From a virus (taxonomy: Duplodnaviria; Caudoviricetes), in IMG/VR virus record IMGVR_UViG_3300035703_002708: a DNA stretch of 64,000 nt. One strand, given 5' to 3'. The position numbers were made by a program, and so were the translations under genes. How positions within the stretch are numbered: position 1 is the stretch's first letter; each line of letters starts with the position of its first letter. Positions 24,141-34,234 of the stretch are shown here, piece after piece. The notes below the pieces were generated by a model. It did not search any database, was not told the origin of the DNA, and saw only the letters and a list, made by a program, of their open reading frames with translations.

Positions 24141-25958
24141 ATGGAAAATAATCAAAATCTTACAGTTTGGCAAAGGCTGACCAAAACATTTGGACCCTAT
24201 TCATTGTTAGGTCAGGACTACCCAACTTATCAATATGACAAAACGGAGTTGTTGAAAACGACCTCCAAACAACAATACGAAAAAGAAAAATTACAGGCTC
24301 AACAAACTTATTATTTAGCCAATCAGTGGACCAAAATTGAGAATAATTTATACACTCAAGCCACTTATTACGAACCAACAAGGTTAGCCTCGTTTTACGA
24401 CTTTGAATCGATGGAATATACTCCTGAGATTTCGGCGGCACTTGACATCTATGGTGAGGAATCAACAACAGTAAACCAAGATGGTCAAATGGTTCAAATT
24501 TATTCTGATTCACAAAGAATAAAATCTATTTTGACTGATTTATTTAATAACTCACTTGATATCAATACAAATCTACCGATGTGGACAAGAAATACTTGTA
24601 AATACGGTGATAATTTTGTGTATTTGAAATTGGACCCTGAAAAGGGTGTTGTTGGTTGTATGCAATTACCAAACATCGAAATTGAGAGATTGGAGATGGG
24701 TATGGCGTCCAAAACATATAATACTGAAGCCGACCCAAGAAATACTGGTTTGAGATTCAAGTGGAAAGCTCGTGATATGGAGTTTAACTCTTGGGAGATT
24801 GCTCATTTCAGATTATTGGGTGACGACAGAAAACTTCCATACGGAACATCGATGTTGGAAAAGGCAAGACGTATTTGGAAACAATTAATTTTGGCGGAAG
24901 ATGCGATGTTAATTTATCGTACATCAAGAGCCCCTGAAAGAAGGATTTTCAAAGTGTTTGTCGGTAATATGGATGACCAAGATGTGGAGGCATATGTAAA
25001 TCGTGTGGCAAACAAGTTTAAACGTCAACAGGTAGTAGACCATAAAACAGGAAATGTTGATATGAGATTTAATCAAATGGCGGTAGACCAAGATTATTTT
25101 GTACCTGTTCGTGACCCAGCACAGGCAAGTCCTATTGATACCTTACCTGGCGCTCAAAACCTAGCAGAAATTGCTGATATTGAGTATATCCAAAAGAAAT
25201 TATTGACTGCACTTCGTGTTCCAAAAGCATTTTTAGGTTTTGAGGAGCCTGTGGGTGATGGAAAAAATTTATCACTAATGGATATTCGTTTTGCGAGAAC
25301 AATCAATAGAATACAAAAAAGTATGTTGGCAGAAATGAATAAAATTGCCATCATACATTTGTTCTTATTGGGTTTCGAAGATGAATTAAGTAATTTTACA
25401 TTAGGATTGAATAACCCATCTCGTCAAGCAGACCTTTTGGCGGTTGACGTATGGAAAGAAAAGATATTACTTTATAAGGATGCTGTTACCGCAATTGAGG
25501 GAATCGCACCTGTATCAGTTTCTTGGGCTAAGAAACACGTACTTGGATTCTCTGATGAAGAAATCAAACTTGACTTACAACAACAAAGAATTGAGAAGGC
25601 GGTTGGTGCAGAATTAACAAATACTGCGACGATTATTGTTCATACAGGTATATTTGATAATGTCGATAAATTGTATGGTTCACAAACTGGAACTACCGCC
25701 GCAGCAGGTGCCACGCCCCCACCCCCTCCTGAAGGTGGAATGGAGGAAATGGGAGGAGGAGCACCTCCACCACCACCGCCAGGTCCTGAACCAGGTGGAG
25801 AAGCGGGAGTAACACCAGAGTCAAAAAAAAGAGATAATATGAATATATTACTCGAAAGTAATGATTTGATAAATGAAGATGACTTTATAGATTTATCTAA
25901 AGTTAGAAATTCTTTGGGTGATATTGGAAACGAACTTGATAGAATATTAAATGACTAA
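24141..25958 (+). CDS. Portal protein (T4 gp20-like)
   Basis: PEISAALDIY, CKYGDNF, EDAMLIYRTSRAPERRIF, DYFVP, IDTLPGAQNL and ALRVPKAFL. Confidence 0.93.
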   Translation: MENNQNLTVWQRLTKTFGPYSLLGQDYPTYQYDKTELLKTTSKQQYEKEKLQAQQTYYLANQWTKIENNLYTQATYYEPTRLASFYDFESMEYTPEISAALDIYGEESTTVNQDGQMVQIYSDSQRIKSILTDLFNNSLDINTNLPMWTRNTCKYGDNFVYLKLDPEKGVVGCMQLPNIEIERLEMGMASKTYNTEADPRNTGLRFKWKARDMEFNSWEIAHFRLLGDDRKLPYGTSMLEKARRIWKQLILAEDAMLIYRTSRAPERRIFKVFVGNMDDQDVEAYVNRVANKFKRQQVVDHKTGNVDMRFNQMAVDQDYFVPVRDPAQASPIDTLPGAQNLAEIADIEYIQKKLLTALRVPKAFLGFEEPVGDGKNLSLMDIRFARTINRIQKSMLAEMNKIAIIHLFLLGFEDELSNFTLGLNNPSRQADLLAVDVWKEKILLYKDAVTAIEGIAPVSVSWAKKHVLGFSDEEIKLDLQQQRIEKAVGAELTNTATIIVHTGIFDNVDKLYGSQTGTTAAAGATPPPPPEGGMEEMGGGAPPPPPPGPEPGGEAGVTPESKKRDNMNILLESNDLINEDDFIDLSKVRNSLGDIGNELDRILND

Positions 25959-25982
25959 TATTTATTATAAAATATTTGCAAA

Positions 25983-26708
25983 ATGAAAATAGGTGTATTA
26001 AAATCAAGAGTCGAGAAATTACTTTCTGAATCATATGGAAAAGGAACTTTCAAAGAAGAAATTAAAAACTTCAATAGAAATGTTTTATCTAATAAAAACA
26101 TATCTAAATTATTTTTTCTTTATGATGAGTTATCAACAAATAAAGGTTATGACCAAAAATTGGCTGAAGATTTTGTTTTTGAATCAATCACTATGTTCGA
26201 AAACATTATAAATAAGACAGACAAAAGAGATTTGGAAAAACTTAAAAAGTGGGTTATTAGTGTTAATTCACATAACCAATACACCGACATAGATAACTTG
26301 TTTTACAACTCTGGTGATGTTCTACATTTAGAAAACAAAGTTAGAAGTAAGAAGATAATCGTTGAGGGTTTGAAAAAAACTCAAATTAACGAGAACAAAG
26401 AAACTATTCTTTTACCTTTGAGTTCTATGGTCAAGGTTGCAAATAAAACTATAGAAGAATTTATATCTAATCTAAACGAGTCAGAAAAGAAAGAACTTAA
26501 TTTATTACTAAAAGAGGATGAGTCAGTTTTAGTTGAGCAATTCCAAAATCTAAAAGACGAGGCGGTAGTTAAGTTAGTTGTTGTATTAGAAGGTGAACCT
26601 ACTGAATCGGTCAGAAATACAATTAATGAGACTATAGATAATATCAAATCCAAGAAATTTGACAGATTAGAGTATTTCAAGTTAAAGAATTTGGTCGATA
26701 ACTTATAA
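25983..26708 (+). CDS. Hypothetical head-module protein
   Basis: 241-aa ORF between portal and protease; TATTTAT at 25959. Confidence 0.8.
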   Translation: MKIGVLKSRVEKLLSESYGKGTFKEEIKNFNRNVLSNKNISKLFFLYDELSTNKGYDQKLAEDFVFESITMFENIINKTDKRDLEKLKKWVISVNSHNQYTDIDNLFYNSGDVLHLENKVRSKKIIVEGLKKTQINENKETILLPLSSMVKVANKTIEEFISNLNESEKKELNLLLKEDESVLVEQFQNLKDEAVVKLVVVLEGEPTESVRNTINETIDNIKSKKFDRLEYFKLKNLVDNL

Positions 26709-26777
26709 TTTTTTGACATTATGACAATCTTTATCTAACTTTTTTTCAGAAAAATAAACTCTGAAAAAAGTGAGAGA

Positions 26778-27230
26778 ATGAAGAAAGGGAAAACCGCTAA
26801 ATTAAGCGGGTTCAAATCGTCAAAAATTAGTTATGGAACAGTAGATTCAAAAAACTTAAAATCAATTTACATTAACATTCAAACTTGGGTTCAACCAAAA
26901 GACGATTATGACAATTGGACAAGAATAGTCCTAAACATGTCAAGAGCAATCAAACATGTTGTATTTAATTGTATCGATAACGAAATGTTTGACGAAAAAT
27001 TTATAGTCGACTTGGATTTAAGAACAAGTGGAATTCAATATAAAAAAAGGTCTTTTATGAATTTAGAAATCAATCTTTATTTATTAGAAGAAATGGATTT
27101 TAAATCCACAAAGTTAAAAAAATCAATAAAATCTATTGTAAGTTGTATACATTCTGACATATTCAGGGGTAACGAATATTTTGATTTTCATTTAAGTAAA
27201 AAGGACAAAACTGAACTTGTTGAGGTATAA
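26778..27230 (+). CDS. Hypothetical protein
   Basis: 150-aa ORF in the head module. Confidence 0.75.
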   Translation: MKKGKTAKLSGFKSSKISYGTVDSKNLKSIYINIQTWVQPKDDYDNWTRIVLNMSRAIKHVVFNCIDNEMFDEKFIVDLDLRTSGIQYKKRSFMNLEINLYLLEEMDFKSTKLKKSIKSIVSCIHSDIFRGNEYFDFHLSKKDKTELVEV

Positions 27231-27266
27231 ATATAAAGTTCAAAGTATTTATATAAAAATATCGAT

Positions 27267-27995
27267 ATGAACGAACTTAAAATATTGAAACCCTATGAAT
27301 CAGGGAAAGGAATTCTTATTGAGTATGATGCGGGATATGTGTCACCAAAAGAGTTCGGAAATCAAAATATTTTGATGGAATCCAAAAGTTTTATGGACCA
27401 CAGTAAACCTTTTGAGTTTTATGCGGTTCTACAAAAATATAACACACCAAATCGTAATGGTAGGATTTACCCTGAGAAAATATTAAAAAGAGAAGCAGAA
27501 AATTATAAGAAAATGATTAATAAGGGTGTTTCACTTTCTGAGTTGAACCACCCTGAATCATCTCTCATAGATTTAGATAGAGTTTCTCACATAATAACAG
27601 ATATATGGTGGGATGGAATAATACTAATGGGTAAATTAAGATTATTAACTTCGCCAGGTTTTCACGAAAGAGGTATTTGCTCAACAAAAGGAGATTTAGC
27701 AGCAAATTATTTAAGACAAGGAGTAACTTTAGGTATCTCTTCAAGGGGTGTTGGTTCATTAAAGAAAATAGGTGAACAAAATGAAGTTCAGGATGATTTT
27801 GAATTAATTTGTTTTGACTTGGTATCTTCACCCTCTACTCCTGGTGCGTACCTATTTTCTAACCCTGAGGATAGAGGTAATTTTGAGGAGAATTTGGAAG
27901 AAGAAAAACAAACTCAGAGAGAACGTCACGTAGGACCTGAAGCGAATAATTCTTTAGACCTAATGAAAAGATTAAACACTTATCTCAATAAGTAA
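27267..27995 (+). CDS. Prohead core protease (T4 gp21-like)
   Basis: NRNGRIYP, SELNHPES, GISSRGVGSL and FDLVSSPSTPGAY. Confidence 0.92.
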   Translation: MNELKILKPYESGKGILIEYDAGYVSPKEFGNQNILMESKSFMDHSKPFEFYAVLQKYNTPNRNGRIYPEKILKREAENYKKMINKGVSLSELNHPESSLIDLDRVSHIITDIWWDGIILMGKLRLLTSPGFHERGICSTKGDLAANYLRQGVTLGISSRGVGSLKKIGEQNEVQDDFELICFDLVSSPSTPGAYLFSNPEDRGNFEENLEEEKQTQRERHVGPEANNSLDLMKRLNTYLNK

Positions 27996-28044
27996 TTCTT
28001 GATTTTATAAAATGTTTTAATGATATTTTATAAAAAATAAAATT

Positions 28045-28260
28045 ATGGACGAAAAATATTTCATCGCAAAACTTTACTATGAATTTCCTGATGAAGAAAC
28101 TGGTAAAGTAAAAAAAGTTAAAGAAGAAAAACTTGTAAAAGGTTATAGTCCCACAGATGTTGAGGCTAAGATTACAAAAAGGTATAGTGAATTGACTTGG
28201 GATTGGAGAATAACATCTATCGCTGAAAGCAAAATTGACGAGGTAATCGAAGTATTATAA
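28045..28260 (+). CDS. Small protein resembling the Bacteroidota DUF4494 family
   Basis: F.AK..YE...E.GK.KKV.E..LV...S.T.VEA.I pattern recalled for that family; not verified by search. Confidence 0.5.
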   Translation: MDEKYFIAKLYYEFPDEETGKVKKVKEEKLVKGYSPTDVEAKITKRYSELTWDWRITSIAESKIDEVIEVL

Positions 28261-28284
28261 ATTTTTTTCTTAAAAGACTTAATG

Positions 28285-28316
28285 AAAAAGGGGACTCGAT
28301 AGGGTTCCCTTTTTTT
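28285..28316 (+). terminator. Intrinsic terminator
   Basis: AAAAGGGGACTC-GATA-GGGTTCCCTTTT hairpin with a T-run. Confidence 0.7.
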
Positions 28317-28407
28317 ATTTATTTTATTTTTTTTAAATGAAAATTTGAGAAAATGTATTTTTTTACGTATGTGACAATATTTATATGAAAAAATATACAT
28401 TTATAAA

Positions 28408-29952
28408 ATGGCAAAAGAAAAAAATTTGGTTGAGGACGCTCTTATTCAAATGAAGAATTTGGAAGAAGCGGTAGCCGAGAATGCAAAAGGAATACTTGCA
28501 TCTACAATGAAGCAAGAAATCAAAGAATTAGTAAAAGAATCTATCGTGTCAGAACAAGGTGATGATGACGAGGAGATTGGAACAGATGATGAAATGGATG
28601 TGGACATGGATTCAGATGAAATGGATATTGATATGGACTCTGATGAGGAGGATATGGATATAGACATGGATTCAGATGAGATGGAAATGGATATGGATTC
28701 TGATATGAGTGACACCGAAATGTCTGATGATGATGATGTAATTGATTTATCAGGTACTGATATTTCCGATGAAGACCTTCTTAAGGTTTTCTTGGCTATG
28801 GACGATGAGGACGGTATCACAGTAAAAAAAGACAACAATATGATTAATCTAAAAGATGACAACACAGATAAAGAGTACATGATTCAAACTGAATCTGAGG
28901 AATTTGGTTCTGACTTCGATAGTTTTATTGAGGAAGATGAGGAATTCGCTATGGAGGGAGATGAATACATGGAAGAAATGGATTCAGAAACTGATGGTGG
29001 ATTTGCACCTCATGGCGACATGATGGAAGATGAATATTTCATGGAAGAAGATGACGAAACTAATTCTGAAGATATTTCTATTGAAGATATTGTTAGTCAG
29101 GTTTTCGGAGAAGATTCTTCAGAAGAAACAGATGAAGTAGTATACGAAATCGAAATGGATGAAGAAATGGACGAAGAGTTAGATGAAGAAATGGACGAGG
29201 AGTTAGATGAAGAAATGGACGAAGAAGGTTATCAAATGGAGTCAACTAAACCAAAAATTGGTAAAGGTGCTAAAATTGGTAAACCTAAATTCTCATATAA
29301 AAAATCTTCAGGTGGCTTTAAAGAGGACATGAAAAAAGGTACAAGAGGTGTCGGTATGGGCAAAGGACCTAAATTTGAATTCAAAGAGGGTAAAAAAGAT
29401 ATTTCCGATGCAGTAAAAAAAGAAATGACACCTTTCGAAAAGAAAGAAACCAAAGAAGCGGCTCGTACGTTAAGTAACGGAAAACACTTTAGAAGAGGTG
29501 GTTTATCAAAACCAAGAGCTCATTCTAAATTTAACGTAAGTATTGATGAACAAAAAAATTTGGAGCAAATTCAAATTTTGAGAGAGAAAAATGAAGAATA
29601 TCGTAAGGCTCTTAATGTGTTCAGAGATAAACTTAATGAAGTTGCGGTTTTTAATTCGAATTTGGCATATGCAACAAGATTGTTCACTGAACATTCAACA
29701 TCTAAACAAGAAAAAATTAACATCTTACGAAGATTTGATGGTGTAGAATCTCTAAAAGAATCAAAAAATCTTTATCGCACAATCAAAAGTGAATTAACAT
29801 CAACAAACAAAACGTCGATTACTGAATCGATTGGAGAAAAAATTGAAAGAACTCCATCTTCAGGTTCAGCATCGACATTAATCGAATCTAAAACTTATGA
29901 GAATCCTCAATTCTTAAGAATGAAAGATATCATGAGTAAGATTATAAAATAA
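28408..29952 (+). CDS. Prohead core scaffold protein (gp22-like position)
   Basis: Highly acidic with DEMD/DEEL repeats and a coiled-coil C-terminus (LNEVAVFNSNLAYATRLF); lies immediately upstream of the MCP. Confidence 0.75.
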   Translation: MAKEKNLVEDALIQMKNLEEAVAENAKGILASTMKQEIKELVKESIVSEQGDDDEEIGTDDEMDVDMDSDEMDIDMDSDEEDMDIDMDSDEMEMDMDSDMSDTEMSDDDDVIDLSGTDISDEDLLKVFLAMDDEDGITVKKDNNMINLKDDNTDKEYMIQTESEEFGSDFDSFIEEDEEFAMEGDEYMEEMDSETDGGFAPHGDMMEDEYFMEEDDETNSEDISIEDIVSQVFGEDSSEETDEVVYEIEMDEEMDEELDEEMDEELDEEMDEEGYQMESTKPKIGKGAKIGKPKFSYKKSSGGFKEDMKKGTRGVGMGKGPKFEFKEGKKDISDAVKKEMTPFEKKETKEAARTLSNGKHFRRGGLSKPRAHSKFNVSIDEQKNLEQIQILREKNEEYRKALNVFRDKLNEVAVFNSNLAYATRLFTEHSTSKQEKINILRRFDGVESLKESKNLYRTIKSELTSTNKTSITESIGEKIERTPSSGSASTLIESKTYENPQFLRMKDIMSKIIK

Positions 29953-29980
29953 AAAATAAACTTAAAAAAATATTTCCAAA

Positions 29981-31849
29981 ATGGGAGCATTATTAGAATC
30001 AGGTCTTGTTGGTAACATCGGTCTTAAGCACCTTAAAGTTATCAAAGAAGATACAATTAACAAATGGGACAAATTAGGGTTCCTAGAAGGTCTTAAAGGC
30101 CACCTAAAAGAAAACGTTGCACAACTTTATGAAAACCAAGCATCGTTCTTAATTAACGAAGCAACATCTGACTCATCTTCAGGTTCATTCGAAACTGTTG
30201 TATTTCCAATCGTTAGACGTGTGTTTTCTAAATTGTTGGCGAACGAAATCGTATCAGTACAAGCAATGAACTTACCAATCGGTAAATTGTTCTACTTCGT
30301 ACCTAAAATCCAAGGATACTCAGGGGCAACTGCAGATGCAACAATCCCTGGAGGATATTCAGATTCAGGTGACCACTACGCACCTGTAGGTTCACCGGGT
30401 AATTATCCAGGAAACACCGCAGCTGGATATTCTACTGGTACACCTTATACTAAAAACCTTTATGATTTGTTCTACGAAGGTACTGAACCAGGTTTGAATC
30501 CTGCCGGTCTATTCGATTACTCTAAAGGTAGATTTACAGTTGTTACTGCAGATACTCAAACAGTTGTTTGGTCAAACGGTGCCTTAACACCTCAAGCATA
30601 CACTGCAGGAGAATATAGAAAAATTTTAGTACAACTTTCAGGATTTTCTACTGCAGGTGTTGGTAAACTAATCGGACCTGACGGTCAAGAAGTGGATAGT
30701 GAAACTTTTCTATCTAATTTGATTCTTTATACGGCAAATTCAACTGTGGCCGATGAACTCACTGACAGTACTGCAAATGTTTATACTCCACTATTATTCC
30801 GTGTTGTTACACAAAAATATGGTCAAGGTATCGTAGGACCAACTTATACATCAACTCAAGCACCTTTCAATAGAACTACAACTGGCGGTAATGGTGGTTA
30901 CTATGATAACATCTGTAACCAAGCAGGTATCATCTATTTGGAAATCGATGCACAGGTTCCTGTTTGTGTTTCATGTGGTCAATCAACACCTGATGGTTAT
31001 TCAGGAGCGACAATTACAACTGCAGCATGGTCTGGTACAGGTGCAAACGCACCAATCAGAGCGGCTTGGAGACGTTACGAAGAACTAGAATTCGAAGATA
31101 AAATTGGTGAGGTTTCTTTCGACCTTCAGTCTGTGACTGTATCGGTAACTGAAAGAAAACTAAGAGCACAATGGTCTCCTGAACTTGCTCAAGACGTTGC
31201 AGCGTTCCATAACATCGATGCTGAGGCTGAATTGACAGCGTTGTTGTCAGAACAAGTCGCGGCTGAAATTGACCGTGAAATTTTACGTGACTTACGTAAA
31301 GGGGCGGCTTGGAACCTACGTTGGGATTACAACGGATGGAAGCGTCTGTCTTCATCAGGAACTACTCCGTACACTCAAAAAGATTGGAATCAAACTTTGA
31401 TTACAGCAATTAACCAAATTTCTGCACAAATCCACAAGTCAACTCTTCGCGGTGGTGCTAACTGGATTGTTGTATCATCTGAGGTTTCGGCAATTTTTGA
31501 TGATTTGGAATATTTCCACGTATCAAATGCTTCACCTGAGCAAGACCAATACAATATGGGTATTGAAAGAGTGGGTACATTAGCTGGTCGTTACCAAGTA
31601 TATCGTGACCCATACTTCCCTGCGAACCAAGTATTGATTGGCCACAAAGGTACTTCGTTACTTGATACAGGTTACATTTACGCTCCTTACGTACCTCTAC
31701 AGTTGACTCCAACTATGTACAATCCATTCAACTTTACACCTATCAAAGGTATCATGACACGTTACGCTAAGAAAATGGTTAACAACCGTTTCTACGGACG
31801 TATCACAGTTGACGGTGTACGTACCTTCGATTTGAATGAATTGAGATAA
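29981..31849 (+). CDS. Major capsid protein (T4 gp23-like)
   Basis: PIVRRVF, VSVQAMNLPIG, RKLRAQWSPELAQD..A.HNIDAEAEL, EIDREI, YIYAPYVPL and IMTRY. Confidence 0.95.
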   Translation: MGALLESGLVGNIGLKHLKVIKEDTINKWDKLGFLEGLKGHLKENVAQLYENQASFLINEATSDSSSGSFETVVFPIVRRVFSKLLANEIVSVQAMNLPIGKLFYFVPKIQGYSGATADATIPGGYSDSGDHYAPVGSPGNYPGNTAAGYSTGTPYTKNLYDLFYEGTEPGLNPAGLFDYSKGRFTVVTADTQTVVWSNGALTPQAYTAGEYRKILVQLSGFSTAGVGKLIGPDGQEVDSETFLSNLILYTANSTVADELTDSTANVYTPLLFRVVTQKYGQGIVGPTYTSTQAPFNRTTTGGNGGYYDNICNQAGIIYLEIDAQVPVCVSCGQSTPDGYSGATITTAAWSGTGANAPIRAAWRRYEELEFEDKIGEVSFDLQSVTVSVTERKLRAQWSPELAQDVAAFHNIDAEAELTALLSEQVAAEIDREILRDLRKGAAWNLRWDYNGWKRLSSSGTTPYTQKDWNQTLITAINQISAQIHKSTLRGGANWIVVSSEVSAIFDDLEYFHVSNASPEQDQYNMGIERVGTLAGRYQVYRDPYFPANQVLIGHKGTSLLDTGYIYAPYVPLQLTPTMYNPFNFTPIKGIMTRYAKKMVNNRFYGRITVDGVRTFDLNELR

Positions 31850-31867
31850 TCAGTTTATAATTACTTA

Positions 31868-31899
31868 TGAAAAAGGGACAAGAAATTGTCCCTTTTTTT
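31868..31899 (+). terminator. Intrinsic terminator after the MCP gene
   Basis: AAAAGGGACAA-GAAA-TTGTCCCTTTT. Confidence 0.85.
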
Positions 31900-31942
31900 A
31901 TTTTTTTTAGTTGTTAGGATATTTATTATAAAAGTAAACATT

Positions 31943-32326
31943 ATGGCTAATAGATTAATGACAGGAACTACTTGTGGGAACAGCTCAGTTCTCACATTCA
32001 TTGCGGATGACTTAGTAGTTACCGCCAACCCGCTGAATAGGATTTATCAATTAGAATCTGGGTTATGTATTACTTTGACTGCTACGGGAGCAACTACGTC
32101 AAATAATCCAACAAATGTAATTGTTTATGGACCGTATACTTCATGTACTCAATGTATAACACCTTTGAATTCAGGTGGTGTTGTATCAACTAATTGTAAG
32201 GATTGTGGTACAGGTACTTTCACCTCTACAACTTTCAATCAGGCAATCTATACAAATGGACAAAATAGAGCAATTAAACAAAATAATTCTGTTGCTTTAG
32301 GCGGGTTTAACGGTCTAAATAATTAA
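31943..32326 (+). CDS. Thr/Gly/Cys-rich late protein (possible capsid accessory)
   Basis: ATG 31943 after TATTTAT at 31920; CTQC and CKDC motifs. Confidence 0.65.
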   Translation: MANRLMTGTTCGNSSVLTFIADDLVVTANPLNRIYQLESGLCITLTATGATTSNNPTNVIVYGPYTSCTQCITPLNSGGVVSTNCKDCGTGTFTSTTFNQAIYTNGQNRAIKQNNSVALGGFNGLNN

Positions 32327-32327
32327 A

Positions 32328-32534
32328 TCACTTAGAAAGTATCCTAATACATTTGGATATTACTTCTGTTTCACCAATATTATAAACACCTCTTTCATAC
32401 GCGTGCTTAACTGCATGTATTAAAAATACTGTTGCAACCTCAGCACTCATAGTTTGTAGAATAGTTTCTAATTGCTCCTCAGTTGAGATTTCCAATCTCC
32501 CAAATAACACCGCTAACGGTTCTTTTTCTTCCAT
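32328..32534 (-). CDS. Hypothetical protein
   Basis: 68-aa ORF filling the intergenic space. Confidence 0.55.
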   Translation of the reverse strand: MEEKEPLAVLFGRLEISTEEQLETILQTMSAEVATVFLIHAVKHAYERGVYNIGETEVISKCIRILSK

Positions 32535-32720
32535 TATCTGTCAAGGTTTTTTCCCTGATAAAGTTTATAGTTGCCTGCTCAATATTTTCTATACAATGAT
32601 TATTATCTAAAACAACTTTAGAGAATTCTTTTCTCAATTCAGGTGTCCAAACAAAATTTTCGTAAATCATATAAAACTTAATTAAAAAGATATTTATAAT
32701 AATAAAGAAAAAAATCCTTT

Positions 32721-33443
32721 ATGACAAATAAAGATAAAAAAATAAATGAGGCCACCATTTCATCGGCATCAGGTAAATACTCTAACGTACCATTAGTACC
32801 AGGAGAAAGATTGTTTAATAAACAACAAATGCAACCATTCCACATACCCACCTCAAAATATGATAGTGCGGAATTAGCATACGACAGTTATGATGGTAAA
32901 ATGAGTACACCAAAAAAAGATATACAAAAAAAAGAAAAGATGGCAAGGAAAGTATCAAAATATATTAAAAATCATCCTATACAAAGTGATGATGATGGAA
33001 ATGTTTTAACAGGTCCATTAACCGTAAATGAAGGGTGGGTAGAAATAACACAAAATACTGATGTTGATTTATTAACCGAAGATTTAGCTGTTTGGTTTGG
33101 TACCAAAAAGAAACCTAAAGGTTCTAAACAACCAAAAGGACCTTGGGTTAATATATGTCGTAAAAAGGAGGGTGGTGGTCATCCCCCATGTGGTAGACCT
33201 GAGGCATCATCAAAAGGATATCCTAAATGTCGTGCCGCAGGTGTTGCCTCCAAAATGACCGATGCTCAAAAAAGGTCGGCGTGTCAACAAAAAAGAAGAG
33301 CAGAAAAAACAAAACCGAAAACAGGTACTGGTAACAAACCAACTATGGTGTCTTACAAACCAAAAAAGAAAAAGACCAATGAAAATATCAGAAATATCAT
33401 CAGAGGTCTTTTGATTGAGGAATTTAAAAAGCGTAAACCTTAG
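32721..33443 (+). CDS. Hypothetical late protein with a basic Cys-containing C-terminal module
   Basis: TATTTATA at 32691; WVNIC...PCGR...YPKC...C motif. Confidence 0.75.
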   Translation: MTNKDKKINEATISSASGKYSNVPLVPGERLFNKQQMQPFHIPTSKYDSAELAYDSYDGKMSTPKKDIQKKEKMARKVSKYIKNHPIQSDDDGNVLTGPLTVNEGWVEITQNTDVDLLTEDLAVWFGTKKKPKGSKQPKGPWVNICRKKEGGGHPPCGRPEASSKGYPKCRAAGVASKMTDAQKRSACQQKRRAEKTKPKTGTGNKPTMVSYKPKKKKTNENIRNIIRGLLIEEFKKRKP

Positions 33444-34157
33444 TTATTTGAAGTTACCTACAATATAGATAGGTGGTTCAGGTGTTCCGATTAAAGATTT
33501 TGCAAACGAAGGTACCGATTTGAATTTATAACTAGTGTCGGAGGACTCCAATTTAATGTCAACAGAGCTCCCACCATCAAAAAGTAAACCTGTTTTAATA
33601 CCTAAAGTAATACCAAACTCTGAAATTGTTCTCATAGATACTAAAGATAGATTATCAGAGTGTATAATTAATAAATCTCCATCTTGATTTTTACCAATTA
33701 AAGTTCTACAAGCTTCACCCTTATTGATTTTAGTGTCCGTAATATTAGCATTTACCTCACCATTTCTAATACCTACGTACTTTGTTTGACAAACAAATTT
33801 GGCGTTAGAGGGCCTCTTCAAACTAATTTTTGGTTCTCCACCGTCAGAATAGAAATAACCACCATATTTTATTTTTTGGTTAACTTTTTTGCCATCGATA
33901 GTTACCTCACCGATTTCATCACCTTTTGGTGTAAAAAAGTTGGCGTTCATAAAAAAATCATTATTTACATCACCTCTTTTTTTTACAGAAAAATCCATAG
34001 AATTTTTTCTGATTTTGATAACAACAAAACGTTTACCCCCAAAACTTTGGGATACCAGGTCAACCTTTTCGCTTTCCGTATCTATGAGTAGATTCGGGAA
34101 TGCGAATTTATAAACCAAACCGAAGATGAGTACGAGTACTATTAATATCTTTTTCAT
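33444..34157 (-). CDS. Phosphodiester-glycosidase (NAGPA-like) family protein with an N-terminal membrane anchor
   Basis: MNANFF, RTLIG and LFDGGSS; promoter TTG-N19-TACCTTTG-N4-ATG (34162-34191, minus strand). Confidence 0.7.
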   Translation of the reverse strand: MKKILIVLVLIFGLVYKFAFPNLLIDTESEKVDLVSQSFGGKRFVVIKIRKNSMDFSVKKRGDVNNDFFMNANFFTPKGDEIGEVTIDGKKVNQKIKYGGYFYSDGGEPKISLKRPSNAKFVCQTKYVGIRNGEVNANITDTKINKGEACRTLIGKNQDGDLLIIHSDNLSLVSMRTISEFGITLGIKTGLLFDGGSSVDIKLESSDTSYKFKSVPSFAKSLIGTPEPPIYIVGNFK

Positions 34158-34234
34158 ATGTCAAAGGTACAAAAAGAAAATTGGTAACCAAATTTTTTTT
34201 CAGATAAAGTATATTTATATGTATATAATTTTTT

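Noticed and set aside
28446-29694. Ser/Ile/Phe-rich antisense ORFs here and throughout the track (e.g. 19177, 19525, 20458, 26381, 41618)
   Set aside because: They are reverse-frame shadows of acidic or Lys-rich real genes, with no independent signals.
22304-31849. Introns, inteins or homing endonucleases in terminase, portal or MCP
   Set aside because: The ORFs are continuous, with no intein (C...HN) or LAGLIDADG/HNH/GIY-YIG motifs seen.
32479-32670. 63-aa minus-strand ORF
   Set aside because: It overlaps the next ORF by 56 nt and has no recognisable motif; it may be real but cannot be supported.
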